From: Phycisphaera sp. | Lineage (GTDB): Bacteria > Planctomycetota > Phycisphaerae > Phycisphaerales > UBA1924 | Assembly: GCA_020639255.1 (NCBI GenBank) | Contig: JACKGZ010000007.1 | Coordinates: 125,573 to 189,572, forward strand | DNA: 64,000 bases | Direction: 5' to 3' | Made by a program: the position numbers and the translations under genes | Notes under the pieces: model-generated | The model's input: only the letters and a program-made list of their open reading frames with translations | Told to the model about the DNA's origin: nothing | Databases searched by the model: none | Shown: positions 48,342-56,593 of the stretch, in pieces | Numbering within the stretch: the stretch's first letter is position 1 | How the letters are laid out: each line of letters opens with the position of its first letter

Positions 48342-48901
48342 TGCTTCTTCTCCAAACGCGAGAACTGCACCGTCACATCCCAGCCCCGTTTGTTCGACGG
48401 AGCCCTGAAATCCATGCTGTAGACCCGCATCCCGTCGACATCCTGCTCGACGCCGCTGGCCCAGCGCAGGACGTCCACCGCGGACACGCCCTTGATCTCT
48501 TTGAACCGAAAGATTCTTCGGTGAGATTCGCCCGAGTCTGATTCGCTGCGCTCCGAATCGTAATTCGGGTCGGGAAACTCTGCGTTCTGTGCGGCCCGTT
48601 CCAGCAAGGCTACCGGACTTACAAGCCGATCCCAGACCTGCACCCCGCCCTGGGCCGCCTCGGGCGACCGCAGGCTCCGGAGCTCGTCCAGCTGCGCCTG
48701 GACCCTGTCCTGAGAGAGCTGCGCCGACCGGAGCGACCGGAGCGAACCCTGCCGGCCCATCCACCCGAGCCCCGCGTACACACCCGCGGCAAGCAGCACG
48801 AGCACAGCCAGCACCACGATCGAGCGAGGGCTGTTGCGCCGCTCGGCCGCGCCGGCCTGACGCATCATCGCCAGCCTGTCCTGATCGCTGAGCCGCGTCA
48901 T
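48338..48901 (-). CDS. GspM-like bitopic inner-membrane protein (assignment by size, topology and position)
   Basis: ATG 48901-48899 overlaps the upstream stop (ATGA). Single TM IVVLAVLVLLAAGVYAGLGW, then a domain of about 130 aa. Confidence 0.45.
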   Translation of the reverse strand: MTRLSDQDRLAMMRQAGAAERRNSPRSIVVLAVLVLLAAGVYAGLGWMGRQGSLRSLRSAQLSQDRVQAQLDELRSLRSPEAAQGGVQVWDRLVSPVALLERAAQNAEFPDPNYDSERSESDSGESHRRIFRFKEIKGVSAVDVLRWASGVEQDVDGMRVYSMDFRAPSNKRGWDVTVQFSRLEKKQ

Positions 48902-50487
48902 GATCCGGGCTCCTGATTCGGTGCGTCCACCCAGTACCCCGTGATGCTTACGCGTGTTTTGCCGCCCGCGCCCGAACGCATCGAACCCCGACTCCACTGA
49001 ACAAAGCCGTCCATCGCGCCGTTGAGAATCGTCGGCGCCGTTTCTGCCTGTTCGGTCGTGTCTGTGATCAGGTCGAGCTGCAGCGCAGGCTGATCGATCA
49101 CGAGCCGATTGATCTCGACACCGCTCATCGCACTGCCGACAACGAACTGCACGTCATCGATCGCCTGCAACACCGGGTGCACCTCGCGGAGCGAGGCCAT
49201 CGCGCTGCGATTCTGCTGCGCCTCACCCAGCATCGACTGCAGCGACATCTCGGGGTACATCTGGTCCGCCTGGCCGCCGAGTTCGCTGAGGATGAGCGCC
49301 CGCGTCTCGTTTCGGATCGTGATCGCCTGCTTGTCGGCGTCGCCCGAGGTCGAGCGGAGCCGATAGCCCGCGATCCCAAGAGCGACAGCGCCGAGCGCGA
49401 TCGCGCCGGCCATCCACCGGTACATCGCGCGGTGCGTTCGCCCGGGCCTGCCCGCAAGAGCTGCTACCGCGCCGGCTTTGGCATGGTCACGCCGGAGCTT
49501 CCCGCCCGGTGTGCGCTCACCCAGACGCGAGAGCGTCGTGTAGATTGCGTCGTCCACGCGCAGCAGGTCGACCGCCGCCCCGGGCCAGACGCCCGTCACG
49601 GCCTCGCCGAACGCACCAACACCCGCCGGCGAGCCCTGCGACTCGTCGATCAGGCAGATCACCCGCCTGGGCGAGCGTCCGAGCTGCGCGGTCCAGGCGA
49701 GCCAGTCGACCGCGAGGCGGCCGGCGCCGAAGTTCCGCGCCGCGTCATCTCCCGAGAGCGCACCATCCTCGAGCAGCGACGAGCCCGCGGCCACGAGCGA
49801 GCCCTCGCTCGACCACGTCCACTGCACGCGACCCGTCTCTTCGATGAGCACGACCGCGGTGTCGACCTTGGCGCTCGAGACGAGCGGGTCGTCCGAATCC
49901 ACGCGCTCACCCGACGGATCCCACGCCAGCGCCATCGCCTGCCAGAACGTCACCACGCGCCCGACGTCGATCCGCCGCTCATCGAGCGCATCGAGAAGCA
50001 ACTTGACCGGCAGATCGCTCACGCCGATCACAGCCGCGCGTCGGCTCTCGGTCTCCGTCTTCTTGCGCACGGCCAGACCCGTCGAGCCGTTGCGCTGCAC
50101 GCCGATCGGCTGCAGGCTCGAACCCCCGGTCGGGACGAGCGCCTCGACCGTGCCCATCGATTCGAGCGAGGGCGTCGTTGCCCACTCGCCCCAGGCGCCG
50201 GCGGGCTTCTGACGGACCGCGGCTCGCACGACGGACTCATCTTCGCTCGGTACATCAAGCCACGAGCACACCGAGCCGCGCGGATCCAGGCACATGAGCC
50301 GGATCCCGCTGCCCGTGTGCGCGTCGAGTCGGCTCCGCAGCCACTCGGCCGCGAACTTCACCGCCTGCACAGGCGTGGCCTCACCCGGCACGCTGTAGCG
50401 TTCCTCGCCCGACTCGCCGATCAGGCGCAGGCCCGTGAGCACCTGCCCGCTCGGGTCTCTCTCGACATAGACAAAGGGGCTGCTCAA
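48898..50487 (-). CDS. GspL-like protein (large cytoplasmic domain, one TM, periplasmic domain)
   Basis: 529 aa. TTG start overlapping the upstream stop (TTGA). TM WMAGAIALGAVALGIAGY at about residue 350. Assignment by architecture and order only. Confidence 0.5.
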   Translation of the reverse strand: MSSPFVYVERDPSGQVLTGLRLIGESGEERYSVPGEATPVQAVKFAAEWLRSRLDAHTGSGIRLMCLDPRGSVCSWLDVPSEDESVVRAAVRQKPAGAWGEWATTPSLESMGTVEALVPTGGSSLQPIGVQRNGSTGLAVRKKTETESRRAAVIGVSDLPVKLLLDALDERRIDVGRVVTFWQAMALAWDPSGERVDSDDPLVSSAKVDTAVVLIEETGRVQWTWSSEGSLVAAGSSLLEDGALSGDDAARNFGAGRLAVDWLAWTAQLGRSPRRVICLIDESQGSPAGVGAFGEAVTGVWPGAAVDLLRVDDAIYTTLSRLGERTPGGKLRRDHAKAGAVAALAGRPGRTHRAMYRWMAGAIALGAVALGIAGYRLRSTSGDADKQAITIRNETRALILSELGGQADQMYPEMSLQSMLGEAQQNRSAMASLREVHPVLQAIDDVQFVVGSAMSGVEINRLVIDQPALQLDLITDTTEQAETAPTILNGAMDGFVQWSRGSMRSGAGGKTRVSITGYWVDAPNQEPGS

Positions 50488-51164
50488 CGGTCGATGCCCT
50501 CGCGCTCACGCTGACGACGCAGGAACTCGGCCCGGCGTTTGTCGATATCCGGGTTGTTCTCGAACTCCTCACGCTGCATCACGCGAGAATCGGCCGGGGT
50601 CAGCTGACGCCCGGGCACGTTCAGGCCGCCGTTGCCGATCGGCTGAGCGGTCGGAGAGCTCACCGAGACCAGCGTCTCGGTCGGCTTGGCGAGCGTGATC
50701 TGCTCGCGCATCCCCTCACGCTCGATCTCGATCTTGCCCGGCTCAACCGAGACAACTGTGGCGTCGTACTCGGGCAGGTATGTGCCCTGCTTGAGCATCC
50801 GCTGCGTGCCGTTGATGCTCACAAACGCGAAGTTCGTCTTGGGCTCGAACACGCCGCCCAGGTACATCCAGCCGCGCGTCTCGGGGGTCACTGGGTCTGG
50901 TTTGGGAATCTCGGCGAATTCAGTGTCCGTCTCATCGGTCTTCGTTTCGATGATCGTCTTTCCGGCCTTGTTGAGCCCATCACCGCTCATATCGGCGTCG
51001 AACTCGTAGCGTGAGTTCGACTTTGCGTTATTCGTGGGCTCCTCGCCGCCGAAGACCGGGGACTGGTTCGCCGGCGCGGGTCTGTCGGGCAGGCCCGGCT
51101 TGAACATCACCGCGCCGGCGGCCAGTGCGACCATGCACAGACCCGCGACCTGCGCGATCCGCAT
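50484..51164 (-). CDS. GspC/PilP-like bitopic protein
   Basis: ATG 51164. TM VAGLCMVALAAGAVMF. C-terminal FAFVSINGTQRMLKQGTYLPEYDATVVSVEPGKIEIEREG resembles the GspC HR / PilP beta domain. Confidence 0.45.
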   Translation of the reverse strand: MRIAQVAGLCMVALAAGAVMFKPGLPDRPAPANQSPVFGGEEPTNNAKSNSRYEFDADMSGDGLNKAGKTIIETKTDETDTEFAEIPKPDPVTPETRGWMYLGGVFEPKTNFAFVSINGTQRMLKQGTYLPEYDATVVSVEPGKIEIEREGMREQITLAKPTETLVSVSSPTAQPIGNGGLNVPGRQLTPADSRVMQREEFENNPDIDKRRAEFLRRQREREGIDR

Positions 51165-51211
51165 CTTCCTCGTTGCCGATGATTTGCTCGTGGCGCTCAC
51201 GCCCGATCTCC

Positions 51212-52099
51212 TCACTGCTGCCCCAGGCCCGGAATGGGAGTGTAGCCGACGCCCTCGTCCAGCTTTCGCCACTCCAAAAACCACGCGCTCGGGTGCTCGC
51301 TGCCGGTCAGCAGCGGGCTTGTCGTTTCTTCTCGCGGGATGAAGATCATCGCCTCATACCGCCCGATGACCTCGTCGCGTCCCCCGGCGCCGGGGCCTGT
51401 GAGTTCGACGCGGGCGCGCCAGAGCGCGGGCAGCGTCGTCCACAGGGCCGCCAGCTGAGTCTGCTGGTTGTCCGGGATCTCCAGATCGCGGGCCATGCTG
51501 ATGAGCGTCGGGCGATCGATCGCTTCGGATTCCTCCCGGCGCCGGATAAGTTGGTTGGTGTACTCCTCGGCGAGCTGGTCGTTCATCAGGACCGCCCGCG
51601 TCATCGCGCGGATCACTTCGGCCGGTGCGTCATACAGACTGACCGCGATCGGGCCCGACTGCCGACCCAGCAGCGTCGCCCGCGCGCCGAGGTTCTCCGC
51701 AGTCCGCTGCACGACCTCTCGCTGCAGCTTGGGCGAGAGCACCGTGCCCGCCGCCTGCGAGACATCCACGCCCTCGGGATCGATGACGGGCGAGCCCTGC
51801 GCCGGGAGCAGCCGAACAATGAGCCGACGCCCGCCGCTGTAGTCGAGCGTGAAGGCCGTCCCGTCAGAGGCGAGCATGCTCTCGAAGTCCTGCTGCGCCG
51901 TGAACTGGAGCCAGACCGCCAGGATCTCGCGCACGCCGCGCTGGCGGTGCTCCTCGACGTACGAGTTCAGCTCATACTCCGCGTCGCTGCGCCGCACCGA
52001 GTTCCGGTTGAGCAGCACCGCGACCATGATGCTCGTCGTCAGCGCCAGCAGCACGACCAGCGGCATAACGAACCCGCGGCGAATAGAGCGGGGCCTCAC
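51212..52099 (-). CDS. GspK-like minor pseudopilin (no canonical methylation motif)
   Basis: GTG start overlapping the upstream stop. RRGFVMPLVVLLALTTSIMVAVLL. About 295 aa, placed after three pseudopilins. Confidence 0.5.
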   Translation of the reverse strand: MRPRSIRRGFVMPLVVLLALTTSIMVAVLLNRNSVRRSDAEYELNSYVEEHRQRGVREILAVWLQFTAQQDFESMLASDGTAFTLDYSGGRRLIVRLLPAQGSPVIDPEGVDVSQAAGTVLSPKLQREVVQRTAENLGARATLLGRQSGPIAVSLYDAPAEVIRAMTRAVLMNDQLAEEYTNQLIRRREESEAIDRPTLISMARDLEIPDNQQTQLAALWTTLPALWRARVELTGPGAGGRDEVIGRYEAMIFIPREETTSPLLTGSEHPSAWFLEWRKLDEGVGYTPIPGLGQQ

Positions 52100-52935
52100 G
52101 CGCCACCCCCTTCGCCTTCACCGTTGCCATCTAGACCCGAGTCATCGTCGGATTCGATCGCCTCATACTCCACGCCGGGGATCCAGCCGAGCTCGAACAT
52201 CCAGCTCGCATAGAGCCCGTCGATGGTTCTGACTTCGAGCTCGATGTACGCCGGGAACTGCCTCGCCTCGACCGCGCGGATCTTGGCGACCTTGCCGCTG
52301 TCGATGAACGCCGACCAGCGGATCTCCGCTAAATGAGCGCACAGCCGCGTCGGTTCGGGGAGCGTCGTGATGTCGAACGATTCCTCGCTCGGCAGCCCCG
52401 CCGGCGGCAGCGGCACCCACCAGAGCTCATACGCCGTCCGCTCCTGGCTCGCCCGCAGCTCGAACGCGCCGCGGTACCCGAGCAGGTCGCCGAATGTCAG
52501 CACCGAGCTCTGCGCGATCGTTTCTTCGACTTCTTCGACTTCTTCGACCTCGTCGGGTCGGTAGGTGCCCATCGGCAGGCGGTCGACGACGATCTCAAGC
52601 CTCGGCTTGCCGGTCTCGTCGCTCAGCTCGAAGTGGTGCGGCAGCCCGTCGATCGGATCGGGATACGGCACATCGAGGATCGCCTCGAGCTGCTCGTCGG
52701 TCGCGTTAGGGATCGATTGGCGGATGATGTTGTTGGGCGCGGGTCGCAGACGGGTGAGCGCGCTCGACACGGCGACGCGCAGGTCGGCCAGCTCGCGCTG
52801 CTGCGTAGCTCTCGTCACGAGCGCCGACTCGGAGCTGCGCACGCCAGTCATCACGCCCAATGCCGCGGTCAGCACGAGGATGCCCACGACCATCGCGAGC
52901 ATGGTTTCGAGCAGTGTGAAGCCGCGCGCTCTCAT
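52096..52935 (-). CDS. Prepilin-type N-terminal domain pseudopilin (GspJ-like size)
   Basis: MRARGFTLLETMLAMVVGILVLTAAL. ATGA overlap with the upstream gene. Confidence 0.75.
   Translation of the reverse strand: MRARGFTLLETMLAMVVGILVLTAALGVMTGVRSSESALVTRATQQRELADLRVAVSSALTRLRPAPNNIIRQSIPNATDEQLEAILDVPYPDPIDGLPHHFELSDETGKPRLEIVVDRLPMGTYRPDEVEEVEEVEETIAQSSVLTFGDLLGYRGAFELRASQERTAYELWWVPLPPAGLPSEESFDITTLPEPTRLCAHLAEIRWSAFIDSGKVAKIRAVEARQFPAYIELEVRTIDGLYASWMFELGWIPGVEYEAIESDDDSGLDGNGEGEGGGA
52522..52548 (-). repeat. Perfect 3 x 9-nt in-frame tandem repeat (encodes EVEEVEEVEE)
   Basis: TTCTTCGAC repeated at 52522, 52531 and 52540 on the plus strand. Confidence 0.9.
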
Positions 52936-53516
52936 CGCCCGCCCTCTTCATCCGGCATCTCGAAGCCCGTGAGGTTCTGCATGAGTTCCGAGATGCGATC
53001 CGGGCTGGCAAGGGTTCGTTCAATGACGTCGTCGCCACGATAAGCGATCGGGTTGACGAGGCGGTTGAGGCGAACGCCGGGCGTCGAGCCGGGTGTGAGC
53101 GAGGCGTCGGTGCCGTCGTCCTGCCAGACGGTGACGCGGATCTCATCGAGCCTGACGAGCGCGTTGGGCACGGCTCCCTCACGCCCCGCGGTGACGCGCA
53201 GGTGCCGGTTGGGCTCCTCGATGCGGACGGTGTCCTCTTCGAGATCCCAGCGGTAGCTGTCGGGGCCGTAGTCGATCAGATCGGGCAGCTTCTTGATACT
53301 GGTTTTGTCGTCGAGGTAGGTGATGATGATGCGGTTGGCGACCTCGGCTGCCCCGAGCCGGACGGTGTCCTCGCGGTCCGAGGCGTACACGTAGCTGAGC
53401 ACGCTGAAGATCGCCGAGGCGATGATCCCGAGCAACGCCGCCGCCAGCACCGCCTCGAGGAAGCTGAACCCACGCCTGGTCCACCGGGCTCCGGGTTGTT
53501 GCTGTTTCGCGTGCAT
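52932..53516 (-). CDS. Prepilin-type N-terminal domain pseudopilin (GspH/I-like)
   Basis: ATG 53516-53514. RRGFSFLEAVLAAALLGIIASAIF. Confidence 0.75.
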   Translation of the reverse strand: MHAKQQQPGARWTRRGFSFLEAVLAAALLGIIASAIFSVLSYVYASDREDTVRLGAAEVANRIIITYLDDKTSIKKLPDLIDYGPDSYRWDLEEDTVRIEEPNRHLRVTAGREGAVPNALVRLDEIRVTVWQDDGTDASLTPGSTPGVRLNRLVNPIAYRGDDVIERTLASPDRISELMQNLTGFEMPDEEGGR

Positions 53517-53548
53517 GGCGCTGCGCTCCGCGCGGCCTCCCTCGTGGA

Positions 53549-53977
53549 TCAGTTCGCGGCCTTGCGCGCCAGCGCGACCCAGACGTCGATGTCGTCCTCG
53601 GTGCCCATCTGAGTGTCCGGCCCGCCGCTGATGAGCGTGAAGCCCTGCTCCTTGGGCGCGCCGTTGCGTCCGACGGGGCTGTAGTAGAAGGGCTGGTCCC
53701 ACGAATCGAGATCGGCACCCAACTGGAGCTGGCTCGTGCCGGTGATCAGCGTCGCCAGCGTGGGCGGGTACGAATTGTTCCGCGTCTGGTAGCTCTGCAG
53801 CGCATCCTTGATCGTTCTCATGCTCGACTTGGTGGCCTGGATCTTGGCGTCGTCGGCGCCACCGATCAGGTTCACCGCAGCGATCGCCATGAGCACGCCC
53901 ATTATCGCGATCACGAGGGTGAGTTCGAGCAGCGAGAAGCCGCGGGCGTGCAGTCGGGTGTTGGTGTGAGTATTCAT
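53549..53977 (-). CDS. gspG: Major pseudopilin GspG-like
   Basis: ATG 53977-53975 with GAGGAA upstream. ARGFSLLELTLVIAIMGVLMAIAAVNL...AKIQATKSSMRTIKDALQSY...DSWDQPFYY...ISGGPD. Confidence 0.85.
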   Translation of the reverse strand: MNTHTNTRLHARGFSLLELTLVIAIMGVLMAIAAVNLIGGADDAKIQATKSSMRTIKDALQSYQTRNNSYPPTLATLITGTSQLQLGADLDSWDQPFYYSPVGRNGAPKEQGFTLISGGPDTQMGTEDDIDVWVALARKAAN

Positions 53978-54157
53978 CTGGTCATTCCTCAAAGGGTCGT
54001 GGCCTTCGGTCTTCTCGTGAGCTACCCGGTTGCAATCGTGCCGTTGCAGCCCCGGTTGCCGGTGTTCGCCAAGAAAGTCTACGCACACGTCCGGCAACAC
54101 CCCCGCCCACTCAGAAGAGCGCCGGGAACCGCCCCGGAGTTCGTCCGAGAAGGGGAT

Positions 54158-55381
54158 TCAGCTCGAAAAAGCGGTCCGCGAGAGCGAGAGCATCGGGGCC
54201 ATGATCGCCAGAATCATGCTGCCGATCACGATGAAGATCGCGACAATGAGCAGGGGCTCCAGAACCGCCAGGAGCCGGCCCGAGAGACGTTCGACCAGTT
54301 CTGTGTGGTCGTCGGCGAGCGACTCGAACGCGCTGTCGAGGTTCCCTGCCCGGTCGGCCGCAATGAGTAGCCGCCGTGTGCCCATCGGGAGCGCCTCGAT
54401 CTTGTCGATCAGCACCCGCAACACGCCCCCCTCGATGAGCGACTTGCGCAGCCCGTCGAGCTGGGCACGCAGCTTGGCGTGGTGGATGGTCTGGTTGGCA
54501 ACGCCCAGGGCGTCGGCGAGCGGGACGCCGCCCGTCGCCAGGGCCGCCATCACGCTGAAGAACCGCGCCGATTCCTGCGCGAGCGTGACGTCCTTGAGGA
54601 CCGGGATCACGTGCGCCGCCTTGCGCGCACCGACGGCGATGTACTTCCGAAGAAGCACGATCGCCACGACGACGGCAAGGATCGATCCCGCAATCACCAG
54701 CGGGTTGCCGCGGATGAACAGCCCGAGATCCGCCAGCATCCGCGTCGCGGCTGGGAGCTGTTTGTCCTTGCCCATCGCGCTCTGCATCGCCTCGGCGACC
54801 TGCGGCACCACGAAAACGAGCATGAACACGCCCACCATGATACTGATCGTCAGCACGATCAGCGGGTAGAACATGAGCGTCTGGGCTGTCTCTTTGATTT
54901 TCAGACGACGCCTGGCGTTCGAGGCGAGCTGGTTCGAGGCGCCGGCGAGGTCGCCCGTTTTCTCGGCGGCCGCGAAGACGGCGCTCGTCGCCGTATCGAA
55001 CGTCTTGGTCTCAAGCGACGCCTGCGAGAAGCTCTTGCCCTGGCGGACCAGCTCGCGCAGACGCTCAACCCTGGGCTTGGCCTTGGGCGAGACGGCCGAC
55101 GCGACCACCTCGAGTGTCTCGACCAACGGCACGCCGCGCGAGAGCAGCTGCGACAGCTGGGCCGTTGTCTCGGCCTGATCCTTGAGCGAGAGCGGCTTGT
55201 CCGACTGCCCCGCGAGCCAGGCCGGCACCCGCCACGAGCGGATCAGGACCAGCTTCTGCCCCGAGAGTTCCCGCGCCAGAACGCCCTCGTCGGAGGCCGA
55301 GCGCATGCCGAGCGTCTTCTTGCCGTCGATCCGGGCGGCGAGATAAAGGAAGGAATCGGGCTGGGTCGCGGCTGTGGGCAT
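54158..55381 (-). CDS. gspF: Type II secretion / type IV pilus platform protein GspF/PilC family
   Basis: 407 aa with two T2SSF repeats (QLSQLLSRGVPLVETLEV...; FFSVMAALATGGVPLADALGV...) and three TM segments. Confidence 0.9.
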   Translation of the reverse strand: MPTAATQPDSFLYLAARIDGKKTLGMRSASDEGVLARELSGQKLVLIRSWRVPAWLAGQSDKPLSLKDQAETTAQLSQLLSRGVPLVETLEVVASAVSPKAKPRVERLRELVRQGKSFSQASLETKTFDTATSAVFAAAEKTGDLAGASNQLASNARRRLKIKETAQTLMFYPLIVLTISIMVGVFMLVFVVPQVAEAMQSAMGKDKQLPAATRMLADLGLFIRGNPLVIAGSILAVVVAIVLLRKYIAVGARKAAHVIPVLKDVTLAQESARFFSVMAALATGGVPLADALGVANQTIHHAKLRAQLDGLRKSLIEGGVLRVLIDKIEALPMGTRRLLIAADRAGNLDSAFESLADDHTELVERLSGRLLAVLEPLLIVAIFIVIGSMILAIMAPMLSLSRTAFSS

Positions 55382-55552
55382 CTGGGGCAGAGTCTACGGG
55401 TGTCGCGGGTTCAATTCATTGATCTAGGCCCCTGCACACGGGACAATCAGCGTCGTATACAGCCCCGCCAGCCCCGGGCCGCAGCGCCCAGGAGATCCGC
55501 ATTGATCCAGACCGAGCCCGCTTCCCCTTCGAAGGCCACCCCGACATCGACC

Positions 55553-56590
55553 ATGCGGTGCCTCGTCAAGCACCACGCCGGGCCCGAGCTCGAACTCATG
55601 ACCGATCGATCCATCCCCGAGCCGGGCCCCCGGGACGTGCGGATCAGGGTCACCAAGGCGGGTATCTGCGGCACGGACCGCCACATCTGGGAATGGGACG
55701 AGTGGGCCGCCGGGCGCATCCCCGTCGGGATCGTGACAGGTCACGAGTTCGTCGGCGTGATCGACAAGATCGGCTCGGCCGTCACCAAGTACGAGCCGGG
55801 CCTCCGCGTCAGCGCCGAGGGCCACACCACCAAGGGCGTCGACTACAACTCCCGCACGGGCAACGCGCACATCGCGACCGACACCCAGATCGTCGGCATC
55901 GACCGCGACGGGTGCTTTGCCGAGTACGTCGTTGTGCCCGAAGAAAACGTCTGGCCCGTTCACCCGAGCATCCCCGACAAGGTCGCGGCCGTGCTCGACC
56001 CGCTCGGCAACGCCGTGCACACGGTGATGGCCGCCGACGTGAGCGCCAAGAGCGTGCTCGTTTCGGGCACGGGCATCATCGGCCTCATGGCGGTGACGGT
56101 TGCCAAGGCCGCTGGCGCGAGCCGGATCTTCGCGACGGATATCAACCCGCCGAGGCTTGCGCTCGCCAAGAAGCTCGGAGCCGTCGAGGCCTACGACGCG
56201 CGCGAGGGCACGGGCTGGATCAAGGACATCAAGAAGCAGACCCGCGGCGAGGGTGTCGACGTCGTGCTCGAAATGTCCGGCGCCTCGACCGCGATCGACC
56301 AATCCTTCCGCGCCCTGCGAGCGGGCGGCACCGCGGCCCTGCTCGGCCTGCCCGCCAAGCCTGTCACGTTCGACTTCAACGAGAACATCATCTTCAAGGG
56401 CTGCACGGTCTTCGGCATCAACGGGCGCAAGATGTTCGAGACCTGGTACCAGATGGAGGAACTGCTCCTCTCGGGCCGCCTCCAGCTCGATGACATCATC
56501 ACCCACCAGTTCCCGCTCGAGCAGTACAAGAAGGCCTTCGACACGATGATCACGGGCGAGGGCATCAAGGTCGTGCTCGATATCGCTTGA
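55553..56590 (+). CDS. tdh: L-threonine 3-dehydrogenase (zinc MDR family)
   Basis: ATG 55553. Collinear with E. coli Tdh: AGICGTDRHIWEWDEW, VTGHEFVG, GCFAEYVVVP, LDPLGNAVHT, VSGTGIIGLMAV, FKGCTVFGINGRKMFETWYQM. Confidence 0.92.
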   Translation: MRCLVKHHAGPELELMTDRSIPEPGPRDVRIRVTKAGICGTDRHIWEWDEWAAGRIPVGIVTGHEFVGVIDKIGSAVTKYEPGLRVSAEGHTTKGVDYNSRTGNAHIATDTQIVGIDRDGCFAEYVVVPEENVWPVHPSIPDKVAAVLDPLGNAVHTVMAADVSAKSVLVSGTGIIGLMAVTVAKAAGASRIFATDINPPRLALAKKLGAVEAYDAREGTGWIKDIKKQTRGEGVDVVLEMSGASTAIDQSFRALRAGGTAALLGLPAKPVTFDFNENIIFKGCTVFGINGRKMFETWYQMEELLLSGRLQLDDIITHQFPLEQYKKAFDTMITGEGIKVVLDIA

Positions 56591-56593
56591 TGC

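Noticed and set aside
52522-52548. Possible CRISPR or other repeat array
   Set aside because: This is only three 9-nt units, with no spacers, inside a coding frame. I saw no CRISPR-like repeat-spacer structure anywhere in the window.
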